Part shown: piece by piece, positions 32,112 to 43,588 of the stretch
Layout of the letters: every line of letters begins with the position of its first letter
Position numbering within the stretch: position 1 is the first letter of the stretch
NCBI GenBank assembly: GCA_020137815.1
Contig: CM035350.1
Span: 9,052,001 to 9,116,000, forward strand
Length of the DNA stretch: 64,000 nucleotides
Origin: Hormiphora californensis
Taxonomy: Eukaryota; Animalia; Ctenophora
Reading direction: 5' to 3'
The notes under the pieces: generated by a model
Database searches by the model: none
What the model saw: only the letters and a program-made list of their open reading frames with translations
Told to the model about the DNA's origin: nothing
Position numbers and translations under genes: made by a program

Positions 32112-34860
32112 GGTCCTCTGACCCGAAAATCAATTTTCTATTTTTGACTTATTATGACACTACGTGGAAAATCATGAACAATGATGTATGTTTCACCTCA
32201 TATGGTTATCTCTAAGGGGTCTAATTGGGTGTTGACAGGTGTGGAACTTCTCTCCCTTGCTACGGGAGGCAGCACATGGGAAGGGGGGGCTCTTTGTATT
32301 TGTGTGTAAATGTCAGTTATGTTTACATTTTGTTCAGTTTATTGTCGTCTGAGATTATTTATGGCTTATAGGTTTATTAAGTTGACATTTTCACATCAAT
32401 ATTAAGTATCTTATGAATTTCTGTGACCCTTGACTTAATAAATTCTGCTACACACAATCTATGCTAAAGGTTGTCTTTACTCCTTGGGTTGATTTGTAAA
32501 CCGGTACAGGTGTTATTTCTAGGAATAGAGCAATGGTTAGGTTAAACGCCCTGGTAGATGACCCTCTGTTGTTACTAAACATCCGGGGGGGGGGGGGGGA
32601 TTTCCCTTAGACCCTTAATTCTAGATACCCCTTCAACTCTACACCTCACAGCTTAGTAGATACCCTCCGCTTTCCCTCGGATCCAGTATAGGACCTCAGA
32701 ATTTCTAAATACGTTAGTAGCTAACCCTCTGACCCTTTTAGACACTCCTCTGACCCTTCTAGATACCTCTCAGATCCATCGACTTTATCTAGTAGGATCT
32801 GAGGGTCATATTATACACTCTGACGGGTGTCCAGTAGGTTTTGAGGTATATCTAGAGGCGGCTAAGAGATGGGTAACAAACTCGTAGTCTCTAGCAGGGT
32901 CTGAGGGGTATTGAGAGGGTCAGAGGGGTGTTTGGAAGGATCTGGGGATATAATAATAGGGTATACCGGGGTAATTTGGACGGTTTTGGCATTCAATTGG
33001 TATTTCAAGAGCCATTAATTTACTTAATCAATTAGTTAGCTACTCAATTTGTGCAACTGAACCTTTATCTTGAGCCTCAGAACAAATTTGAATCGAAAAC
33101 ATAACTTTTAATTAGCTAATTAACCTTGTTAATGAAGGTAACTCGGAATATTTTTGATCGCGAGACACGGGGCAATTTGGACTAGTGGCTTCTACACCAA
33201 TCACAATGCGCGCATTCAATCACGTGACCGCGACACACCACATTGCCCCAGCTGTAAATCTGCGATGTAAATGGGGCTATTTGGACAAACTTAGATTGTA
33301 GCCACAGTTTTTGAGATATCAATTTCAAACTTTTCAGTCATCTAGTAATTTAGTATCCCGTGCTATTCCTTTTTTCAAAATTAGTTAATTAAGTAGTAAT
33401 TAGCCTAATTAACCAAAAAATTAAGTGTTCATCAGATCTATATCTATAGGGTGCATTTTCGAAAGCTCAGGATTAGCCTAGCCGATTAGAAAAAGATTTA
33501 ATCTAATCCCAAATAGGGTTTTTGATAAAATCGACATCAAAGATCAAAAAGCCACAAATAAAGCTACGGTTTTCAAAGGAATGCTGTTTGTGTTTTCAGG
33601 TGCTTACAAGGCCAGAAGGCAAAAATTACCAGAAATTATTATTTATTATGGGGATCCACTCTAATTAATCATGTTAGTGGCCGATTCCCACTCAATACAA
33701 AGTTGGTTTGTCGAATGCCACACCATGGATTAACTTGTTACCTTGGCAACCAGAGAATTGGTTGTAAAATGCACCTTTTTTCTATTTTTGGTCTATTTAC
33801 TCAGTTTTAGCCATCTATATTGATTGAATAGGATAATTATGAAAGCAGGTTGTCTATGGTTACCATAGAAACGAGTATAATGGCGCCATGAGGCCAATTT
33901 GTCTTAACCAATTTGCCCCATGGGGCAATTTGGTCTAGTCCAAATTGCCCCATGGGGCAATCTGGATTATGACCGAATTGCCCCCGATTTTTTCGTCCGA
34001 ATTGCCCCAAATTGTCCGAATTGCCCCGCTTCATTAAAATGCCAATTAGCTAATTAAATCGAAAGCTAATGTCATTTTGATGATGAAACTGGATAGAAAA
34101 GTATCATATTGTGAAATTCTGACCCTTAATTTAAATAATTATCATAATTAAGTTTACCGAAATAAAGTTTAACTTTAAAGTCGTTATTTTTCGTTATTTC
34201 ACACTAAACAACACAATTTAAAAGTCCCATATAAATCACTAGTCCACATTGCCCCGTCCTGTGACCACATTGCCCCACCGTCCAAATTACCCCGGTCTAC
34301 CCTATCTAGTAACATATGAGAGGTATTTCCCAGTTTTTCATATAGGATGTGAGAGGTATCTAATAACGTCTGAGGCTATAGTAGGCTCTGAGGCGTATCT
34401 AGCAGGCTCTGAGGGTATCTATCAGGGTGTGAGGGGTATCTAGTGGGCTCTGAGGGGTATCTAGTAGGCTCTGAGGGGTATCTAGTGTGCTCTGAGGGAT
34501 TGACAAAAGTATTTAATACTAATTTTCATGTGTTTAATTCATGTATTTAAATACAAATCATTCACTAATTTGAAGAAACGTGTTTTGAGATTTCCTTTTT
34601 ATGTATCATGGATAATTTATGATATCACACTTGTCAGTAATGTCATTGTTTGTAAATGTAATCCGTTTTTGTGTGTAAACACAAAGGGGGGAGAGGTCCT
34701 ATGTGCTGCCTCAGCTCGGAAGGGGTGGCGTGGGGCAACCTTTTAACACCTAATTAGAGGGGGAAGGAGGAATCCGTAGAGTGTGAGATAACCTGGGATC
34801 TTCATGATTTTTCATGTACTGTCAATTTAGACAAAGTTGTTTTTTCGAGTCAGAGGACCT
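32112..34860. mobile_element. Degenerate TIR element (Kolobok-like) with an internal ~21-bp minisatellite
   Basis: GGTCCTCTGACCCGAAAA ... TTTTCGAGTCAGAGGACCT|TTAA; imperfect sub-terminal inverted similarity; TCTGAGGGGTATCTAGTAGGC repeats. Confidence 0.55.
32959..34302. mobile_element. Nested non-autonomous pogo/Tc1-like element, TA TSD
   Basis: TA|GGGTATACCGGGGTAATTTGGACGG ... CCGTCCAAATTACCCCGGTCTACCC|TA, with internal GGGGCAATTTGG subrepeats. Confidence 0.75.
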
Positions 34861-34971
34861 TTAATAATAATATTAATCAGGGGCTAATTAAATATTAATT
34901 CAAGTCCAAATGTAATTAATTTTCTAGATACAAAATACAGTCGGACCCGGTCAAATGCCGTTATTTTCCCA

Positions 34972-35284
34972 TAGTAGAGTCGATAACTACATCGACCTCT
35001 CCCAATTGTTCCAGTTTTTGTCACATCTGTTTGGAGCCTCGACACGACCTCTAAACAGGTGTTACTTTTTCACAAACTGTTTTCATCTGGGTGTAATCAG
35101 CAGTTGAAATGTTGTTGATCATAACAAAAACCGAACTATTTTTTTCAACTTGGGGTAAAACTATGGGTGTCAAAAGTTAGCTCTAGGTCCCCTGAGTAAC
35201 CATCCGGAGACTCTAAGAGATATTTCAAGCCGTTCTCCCGTAATCATTAATCCCGGTGGAGAAAAAAATACAATGCGGACGTAC
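34972..35284 (+). mobile_element. Original right TIR of the Academ-like element, now inverted
   Basis: 313-bp match to 25603-25915, preceded by the second half of the interrupted MITE. Confidence 0.7.
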
Positions 35285-35288
35285 CCAG

Positions 35289-35878
35289 TGGGTAGACCTG
35301 TTAGTACAGCCCCCGGTAGAGGTTGACAAGATCTGGACGATTGTTAAATCAGAGACCGCCCTCATCATCATATGCAACAACGTTGAGGTGATGAACTACC
35401 TGTTCGCGGACAGTTCAAAGAGCGAATGTGCTAAAAAGAAGGAGGGGGATGTTGTGGAGCAGATCAAGTTTATCGAGGAATATGACACAGCATCTGATTT
35501 CTACAGATCCGCAGGTTAGCGTCTAAACTAACGTTAACATTTAACTTGCATGAAATTAGACTAATTTATGATTTGGTTGGAAGTTAGCGAGCTAGTGGGT
35601 TTAGACGCTGGATCAGCCATAGTAAACTAGAACCTTCAAGCTGTATGCAATTGATATCCCCTTATAGCTTTCTCCTAACTTCCTGAACTCTTTCCACTCA
35701 GTAAATTGTCCTGCCTTCTCTGTTGAAGGATCAACACAAGGAACCTGGACTACTTCACTAACAGGGACAAACACCACAATCGATTGTGCTACTAATCATA
35801 TCCTAGTGGGAAATTCTAAGTTGACTTGTCAGGAGGATGGAGCATGGTCAAGTGATGTGCCACAATGCGATACAATCG
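35289..35878 (+). pseudogene. 3' part of the split gene: second half of domain 2 (35289-35514) and a sushi exon (35702-35878)
   Basis: WVDLLVQPPVEVDKIWTI...DTASDFYRSA completes the half-domain at 31350-31145; sushi exon NCPAF...IDCATNHILVGNSKLTCQEDGAWSSDVPQC. Confidence 0.75.
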
Positions 35879-37080
35879 GTACGTTCAGTGATCAGCACCT
35901 AACTAAGATCTAATTCAAGATTTCTAAAAAGGTCGATATTTTTTGAAAAATTAGTTTATAAAAGCTTTGCTACTTTGCTTTTTAGAGGACCCGACGGGCG
36001 GCGATTCGATCAGATATTCTAGAAAATTGTATGGTGTATCCTTATTCCTTGGTCCCTACAAAATATATGACGCTGATCATTTTAATGCTGTCCCTAGTCC
36101 ACTTCTTTCTAACCCTCCTTTACATTTGGGGGAGGGCGTAGAGCTAGGCAACCACTTCTGACACTTATATTAACAGGATACACCAAACAACTTTAGCTGC
36201 AAACATTGCTGCTGCTTGCTCTTGCACCAACGGCAACAAATAACTTAGATATTTACCAGAAAGAGAGAGGGGGGAGAGGGAGAGAGAGAGAGAGAGAGGG
36301 ATATTGCAGTATCGACTTGTCAGAAAGGTCGCTGGTCGGATCCTTGCTCTGCTGTTGGTTTCGAATATGATCATGACAATGCTCTCCGGTGGGAGTTTTT
36401 GAAGTTGTCATCCCCTCACGTTAATTTGTTTTGTACCCTCGTCCAGCGACGACTGGCCTTGTACCTCCCGGGAAAGGAGCATAATAATCGGGGCTGGAAC
36501 TCTTCAAGTTATTATTTAAAGTGCTACCAAGCCACTACCGTAAAGCCATACATTTTCGCGGGAATTAATTTTCGCGTTTTGGCCTAGACTGGCTCCTGGT
36601 TTTACGGTTCTTCACATCCGTTCACAGTTCTTCACATCCGTTCACAGTTTCAATGATCAAATGTCGCTGAAATATTTAGTTGTTGTCCTCTGTTGCATCG
36701 AATATGATCATAGAACAATAATTGTGGTGCAATCTAATTTAGTAGTGATCTCTGTCTTTCTCTCTCTCTCTCTATCTCTCTATCCCTCTATCTCGTCTAA
36801 CCTTGGTATCTAATCATGGTTAGCATTATATATTATATTTGAGACAAAGAGGACTAGCTGAAAGTTATATTATGTAGGTAGCTGATATGTAATTGCACAC
36901 TCTCGTAGTGGCCGGGTCTGTTTCAAGTTGAGATAAACAAAGAGTTGGCGTTGTTTTTTGGTAGCCCAAAAATTTAATCGATTTAGCAGACAAGGTTACG
37001 CAATATTTGCCCTAAAAACTACAGACTATCTAGCTGCACCCTCATTACCCAGATTGCTGCAGTTGTCCTCAGCTCTTATA

Positions 37081-38307
37081 ATGAATCTCTCGTGTGGTGT
37101 TATTCTGGTTGTGAGCCTTGTAACACCCTCCCACCACACTACTGTTATTCTACACTGCAAGTTTCGATCGGGCTCCTCTCGTCTCGGGGAACTTTTTAAC
37201 CAGAATCCAGATGTGTTTTATGTGTTTGAACCACTGCACAACACGCCTTCAACTCAACACCCACAGGTACTATAAACATACATCTAACAGATGCGCTTGT
37301 ATATTGGAGTAATTTTTTTTGAAAACTAGGTAGAAAACTAGGTTTGATATTTGCGTCCTGCCCCCATTTTTAATACAGATACTGGCCGATATCGTGAACA
37401 CATGCAGCTCGAATCACTGGGGTATTACATCCCGGTCAAAAAGTTTTGAAGATCCAGCCACCGTATTCCGACAATTGCCTGTTCTCTAAACTGCGTGTTA
37501 TAAAGGTAAGAATTGAAGATTATAATGGCCACTACAGCTTTAGACTCCAAACATGCGTATTTTCAGACCATAAGACTGCGTTCCAAAGACCTCCTATCCA
37601 TATCCTTCATTAATTTGGGAGCACCCAATTGTGATTCACTTGATCAGAGATCCCCGAGCTGTTCTTGCTTCCCGCCTTGCCTATCCCAGAGCTGTGGTCG
37701 AACGGAAGAAGGTTTACAAAGGACCGGAAGGGTGTAGGTGAGGCGGCAGAGCAACTATGTTCTGCCTACACTACAGATGAGAGATATCTTAGGACCGAGT
37801 ACATTGGTTAGTTCATGGTTCCTTCCTCCCTTGTTACTTGTTACTGGCGCGACCCATCTCGGTCGCGCCAGGTGTCTATGTCACCAACCTTGTTACAACC
37901 TTTGTTATTGTTGTAATACCAAGCTGTTTAGTTAGTAAAGTGGGAAGTTAATCCAAAACTTGTCAACAGGTCCGTTTTTAACAATTACATTTGAGGAATT
38001 GGCCATTGAACCCGAGAAGACAGCAGCCAAGTTGTATGCCTTTCTAGGAAGATCACTGCCACCACAGGTTTTATTTTTGACAAATCTTGGGCCTTTCTTA
38101 GGAAAATGTTGAAGCTAATATCTTCTACAGGTCATAAACTATCTCGGGATTGTGGGAGACAAAAACGAAAACTGGACGTCAACGCATCAGAACCCGGAGA
38201 AAGTTTTGGACAAATGGAGACACACACTTCCAAGGAACTTTCTGTGTGAAATAGAGAAGTCGTGTCATAGTTTTCTTGGCATGTTTGGATATAAAGAGGA
38301 GTGCTAA
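37081..38307 (+). pseudogene. Carbohydrate (GlcNAc/Gal-6-O) sulfotransferase-like gene with three apparent frameshifts
   Basis: 5'PSB motif [31 protein letters not shown], 3'PB motif IHLIRDPRAVLASR, FEELAIEPEKTAAKLYAFLG and DKWR...FGY; the motifs lie in different frames within exons 2 and 3. Confidence 0.75.
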
Positions 38308-38457
38308 ATACAAATACGCATTTATTGTGCATCAAATGATTTCATAAAATCTTCACGTTGTATCAAGTCGTACTCTGAATGAGGTTCTCAAATCTCAATT
38401 GTCTCCAGGCAGCATGGCAGCAGCTTCTCTGACCTCTGTTTCCACACCATTGAGACC

Positions 38458-38681
38458 TAGTGGAAGCTCTTACGGTATTTCCCACGCCCCGTGGGAAAGT
38501 TTTTCGACCGTGGTAAAGTTTTCAAACCGTGGGAAAAGAGAGATACATGCAATAACTAATAAAAAACAATTTATTTTTTATAGTTATTGTATGTATCTCT
38601 CTTTTCCCACGGTTCGAACATTTTCCCACGGTCGAAAAACTTTCCCACGGGGCGTGGGAAATACCGTAAGAGCTTCCACTA
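38458..38681. mobile_element. Palindromic MITE, TAG..CTA termini, 3-bp TSD ACC (Academ-like)
   Basis: ACC|TAGTGGAAGCTCTTACGGTATTTCCCACG ... CGTGGGAAATACCGTAAGAGCTTCCACTA|ACC. Confidence 0.8.
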
Positions 38682-38699
38682 ACCCGCATAGCATACGAC

Positions 38700-39674
38700 G
38701 GTAAGTCGGAAGAACCTGTCCGTTCCTCTCATGAGCGCTCATGAGTGTATCATGAGTGTGTCATGAGTGTATCATGAGTGTATCATGAGCGCTCATGAGA
38801 CGTTTTTAGGTGTTTCAACGTCTCATGAGCGCTCATGAGTGTATCATGAGTGTATCATGAGTGTGTCATGAGCGCTCATGAGTGCTCATGAGACGTTGCT
38901 CATGAGCGCTCATGAGACATATGTCTCATCCCATCTCTGTTTCAATGTCTCATGAGCGCTCATGAGACGTTTTGACCTACATGTGCTCATGAGTGTATCA
39001 TGAGACATGTCTCATGAGACATATGTCTCATGAGACGTTAGGGTTAGGGTTAGTGTTGGGTTTACGGTTGGGCTAGGGTTAGGGTTATCCTTTAGGTCTA
39101 GGGACCCGTAGGGATAGGGTTAGTGTTGACCCATAGGCCTGGACCTAGCCCTACCCTCTACGGGTCCCTAGACCTAAAGGAAAGCCCTAACCCTAGCCCA
39201 ACCCTAAACCCAACACTAACCCTAACCCTAACGTCTCATGAGACATATGTCTCATGAGACATGTCTCATGATACACTCATGAGCACATATAGGTCAAAAC
39301 GTCTCATGAGCGCTCATGAGACATTGAAACAGAGATGGGATGAGACATATGTCTCATGAGCGCTCATGAGCAACGTCTCATGAGCACTCATGAGCGCTCA
39401 TGACACACTCATGATACACTCATGATACACTCATGAGCGCTCATGAGACGTTGAAACACCTAAAAACGTCTCATGAGCGCTCATGATACACTCATGATAC
39501 ACTCATGACACACTCATGATACACTCATGAGCGCTCATGAGACGTTGAAACACCTAAAAACGTCTCATGAGCGCTCATGATACACTCATGATACACTCAT
39601 GACACACTCATGATACACTCATGATACACTCATGAGCGCTCATGAGAGGAACGGACAGGTTCTTCCGACTTACC
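38700..39674. mobile_element. Foldback element built of TCATGA-core tandem repeats with a central TTAGGG-like block
   Basis: GGTAAGTCGGAAGAACCTGTCCGTTCCTC ... GAGGAACGGACAGGTTCTTCCGACTTACC; almost the whole element is palindromic; no clear TSD. Confidence 0.8.
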
Positions 39675-40071
39675 CTCTGATGTTTTCGTGTCGGAGGATG
39701 GAATTTACCGCCTGCGTTGGCATAAAAAGTACCCCCAACATAGATTGTAACGTTGGTCGCTGGTCGCCGTGACCCCCCACCCCCGGCGACGCTGCGTTTT
39801 TCAGTTTAAAAATCGGACTTTAAACAGGCCACGAAACACGGGCGCCGTTACGATCTGGGTGTTTGGAGGCCTGTTTACAGGTGCGCGCTGCCAAAAAAGT
39901 TGATTCACTAAAGTCTAAAATGGCTCTAATCGCCAAACCACTCAACCGTTTTGGCTGATTCAAAGTTTATCTGGTAGGGAATGTCAAGGCCTAACCCCAA
40001 CCCAAACCCCAACCCTAACCCTAACCCTACTTTAGCCCTAACCCTAAAAAGCCGTTTGTCAGCACTCCCAA

Positions 40072-41558
40072 CACGGTGTCCCTTAAGGAGGTGAAACCTC
40101 GGCTAGATAAAGTTTTTTGGAGACCGGACCTAGGTTACGTATTTTTGACCGAGGAATCCGAAAAAAATAAAATTAAAATCGAAAACGTAGCGGTTTTTGC
40201 GTAAAACGGCAAAAACTGTCATTTTTCAGCGATTTTCGACTTTTTACGCTTTCTAGAGATTTAAAAAATATTTCCTTACAAGATATGATCTTGTGCTTCT
40301 AGACTAATAAAATACAATCGATTTGCTACAAATTGGTCCCGGGTTTGTGTGATTTGGTCAAAAGCTCTCTTTACTGTGGCCCATCAAAGATGTATACTCT
40401 GCAAATACGTTTTTGGCTCCTATGGCCACAGTTGTGGACCAAAAGAAGATTTATTATACACCAAAATTTGCGTCTTCTCAAGGCGAACAACCTGGTTTTT
40501 ACGACATTCCATTTCATGCAGGCGTTAAGGAGTTACAGCTGAAAAACTGGTACAGTGGATTTTGGAAATACCCCTACTTCAACGAACCCTAATCCAGATA
40601 AGATTTCGAAAAAGATACATCTTCATACATGAAAATGAAGCTCAGACAAATGCCAATGTGATGCAAAAAACGGGAAGTGTCTAACTTATTTCGTTTAGAA
40701 GCTATAGCCAAAATAAAAGTGCTTATATTTGCCTTGAAAACACCCTCTAAAAGCCCTGAAAAACAGCAAATCTGTCTAAAAATGCAATACGAATAAAATG
40801 TCACCTCCAGTGCACCAACTTATTCCCTTGTGGACAGCATTTGTTTGAAATTGTCAGAAATTGTCTAAAAGTATGGTTTTTAGAGGGTGTTTTCAAGGCA
40901 AATATAAGCACTTTTATTTTGGCTATAGCTTCTAAACGAAATAAGTTAGACACTTCCCGTTTTTTGCATCACATTGGCATTTGTCTGAGCTTCATTTTCA
41001 TGTATGAAGATGTATCTTTTTCGAAATCTTATCTGGATTAGGGTTCGTTGAAGTAGGGGTATTTCCAAAATCCACTGTACCAGTTTTTCAGCTGTAACTC
41101 CTCAACGCCTGCATGAAATGGAATGTCGTAAAAACCAGGTTGTTCGCCTTGAGAAGACGCAAATTTTGGTGTATAATAAATTTTCTTTTGGTCCACAACT
41201 GTGGCCACAGGAGCCAAAAACGTATTTGCAGAGTATACATCTTTGATGGGCCACAGTAAAGAGAGCTTTTGACCAAATCACACAAACCCGGGACCAATTT
41301 GTAGCAAATCGATTGTATTTTATTAGTCTAGAAGCACAAGATCATATCTTGTAAGAAAATATTTTTTAAATCTCTAGAAAGCGTAAAAAGTCGAAAATCG
41401 CTGAAAAATGACAGTTTTTGCCGTTTTACGCAAAAACCGCTACGTTTTCGATTTTAATTTTATGTTTTTCGGATTCCTCGGTCAAAAATACGTAACCTAG
41501 GTCCGGTTTCCAAAAAACTTTATCTAGCCGAGGTTTCATCTCCTTAAGGGACACCGTG
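40072..41558. mobile_element. Foldback element with ~680-bp TIRs, CAC..GTG termini and 4-bp TSD CCAA (Chapaev-like)
   Basis: CCAA|CACGGTGTCCCTTAAGGAG ... CTCCTTAAGGGACACCGTG|CCAA; mirror ORFs in the ORF track. Confidence 0.8.
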
Positions 41559-41629
41559 CCAAAACACCCAGATTTTAACGCTGGCCATTATAATCGCGCC
41601 CGCCACGAAACACCCAGATTTTGTTTTTT

Positions 41630-41785
41630 TAGTGGAAACCCTTACGGTTTTCCCGCGTGCGCGGCTCAAATTCTGAGCTGTAATTGGCTGAAATTTCGAG
41701 CGCGCGAAATTTCAGCCAATCAGAGCGCAGGATTTGAGCCGCGCACGCGCCGCGCGCGTGGGAAAAACCGTAAGGGCTTCCACTT
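41630..41785. mobile_element. Small palindromic MITE with termini related to the 38458 element
   Basis: TAGTGGAAACCCTTACGGTTTT ... AAAACCGTAAGGGCTTCCACT. Confidence 0.6.
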
Positions 41786-42181
41786 CCGTGGATTTTGGAA
41801 TGGAACTTTTTTACCCTTTTCAACTTTTTGTCCGGACGGTCCGTGCAATTTTTTGCAGCGAAAGCTCATCTAGTTCCGGAGTAAGGAGGGTTCAAAAAGT
41901 GCCGAAATGGGCTTGAACTGAAATATCCACCCTGCTGGCAAGCCGGCCCCCTTTTTTGATTTTTCAGGAAACGTTTTTGGAATGGTCAATGGGCCACTTT
42001 TGCGCTTGCTAGCGCAGTGATAAAAATATGGATCTTACTTGTTGAGTAAGGGGGAAGGGTGTGAGTCTTACAGTCTTCCCCCTTAGGGGAAACTCTAACT
42101 GAATGGCATCCCATTAATGGGATCCCATCAACAGTAAAACTCTAACTGATAATGGACCACAGTGATGGTTCTTTCTCTGTA

Positions 42182-42213
42182 TCATCAACTACAACGTAAA
42201 ACTATTTATTGAG
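42182..42213 (+). other. Spliced-leader-like 32-mer at the LINE 5' end
   Basis: Identical to 24949-24980; AT-rich and ending in TTGAG, like ctenophore SL exons (from recall). Confidence 0.75.
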
Positions 42214-42287
42214 CAGGTAGATATGTCACAGTGATCGCCCAGGAGGGCAGGCAACTTTCTACCTACTGTGGTGATAACAGAAAAGCT

Positions 42288-43586
42288 ATGGCTTCCGATA
42301 TCTGCAAGTGCGGCGAGGAAACTGATCCAAAGGGAGTTCGTGTACAGTGTGCTAACTGTAAGAGTCACTTTCACAAGACCTGTGCCAATCCCTTTTTTGC
42401 CAACTATACTGGTAATACGCTCCCGAAGAATTTTAATGACTGGTGGTGTACTCAGTGTCTAGTATTGCGGGACATTGATGAGGGAAACCAGGTGTTAATC
42501 AATTCCTTGACAGCTAAACTAGCTCCTCATTTCGAGGCACGTTTTGATGACCTCTCTAAGGAAATGGACGGTAAGGTGAACCAATTGAATGATCAAATTG
42601 AGTCTAAGATTCTTGCGGTACTCCAGTCCTTCTTCCCCAATAGATCACCTTCTCCATCAAACCCGTCATCTGCTTCTCCCTCCCTAGAGATCCTCCAGGA
42701 CTCTATGGCAACTCCTATCAAAACCTCCACTTCCCAATTCGTTACCACCCCCAAATCTTCAACCACCTATGCATCCTTGATTGATAAACCAGCTGCCCCC
42801 ACAGCTGATCCGCTCCCCATCATCCCACCACCGCGTCCCGCTCTTAAATCGGCCCCATCTCTGAAACTGAAGGTGCAATGTCCCAACAAAGATGCTTCCG
42901 AAATAGCTAAGACCCTTGACAGGGTATTGGTGTCGACCCCTCTGAACTTCCTTGACTGCAAAGGTGAGGATCAAATCGTTATTGGATTTCCGAGCTCAAC
43001 GGACTTGAAGTCTGTAAGTGATATTATTGACGAAAAGACTCCTGATGAGGTTACTGTTGCTCCAGTTACCCTAACTGCAAAAGTGACCGTTCTTAGCGTG
43101 CCTCTGGAAATTGAGGGAGTAGGGAAAGAGGCTCTCAACAAATTGGTCCTGCACAATCTTCTATCCAAAAACCCATGGCTCAGCTCTGATAACACTACTG
43201 TCGTTGACGTTAAGAGCCACTTCAAAAACAAGCAGCTGTGCAATGTTGGTCTTAGGCTTCCAGTAGAGATGCAGAAACGTTTGCTGCAGGAAGGCAAGTT
43301 GTATTACGGCAGATCGAGGCTGAATGTTCAGGAGCGCTTCTATGTCCAGCAATGTTACAAGTGCCAGGGGTACAATCATGTTAGCAAGGACTGTACAAGT
43401 GATGTCTCGGTATGTAAGAGATGTGGCGGTGACCACGATGTGAAGAAATGTGACGCTCCCCATACAAAACTCTGTGTTAATTGTAACCATTCTGCTGAAC
43501 ATAAAGCTAATGCGATAACCCATTTCAGTGGTGATCACAAATGCCCAGTGCGCCTCAGCATAATTAATGGGATGGCAAAAAACTAG
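42288..43586 (+). CDS. LINE ORF1: PHD finger, coiled coil and CCHC zinc knuckles
   Basis: CKC...VQCANCKSHFHKTC...WWCTQC; CYKCQGYNHVSKDC, CKRCGGDHDVKKC, CVNC...H...C. Confidence 0.9.
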   Translation: MASDICKCGEETDPKGVRVQCANCKSHFHKTCANPFFANYTGNTLPKNFNDWWCTQCLVLRDIDEGNQVLINSLTAKLAPHFEARFDDLSKEMDGKVNQLNDQIESKILAVLQSFFPNRSPSPSNPSSASPSLEILQDSMATPIKTSTSQFVTTPKSSTTYASLIDKPAAPTADPLPIIPPPRPALKSAPSLKLKVQCPNKDASEIAKTLDRVLVSTPLNFLDCKGEDQIVIGFPSSTDLKSVSDIIDEKTPDEVTVAPVTLTAKVTVLSVPLEIEGVGKEALNKLVLHNLLSKNPWLSSDNTTVVDVKSHFKNKQLCNVGLRLPVEMQKRLLQEGKLYYGRSRLNVQERFYVQQCYKCQGYNHVSKDCTSDVSVCKRCGGDHDVKKCDAPHTKLCVNCNHSAEHKANAITHFSGDHKCPVRLSIINGMAKN

Positions 43587-43588
43587 AG

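Noticed and set aside
39035-40050. Interstitial telomere or chromosome fusion site
   Set aside because: Only a few degenerate TTAGGG/CCCTAA units are present, and they are internal parts of TIR elements.
40333-41297. Mirror-image short ORF pairs (also 45818-46287 and 25391-26886)
   Set aside because: Artefacts of inverted repeats; no transposase motifs.
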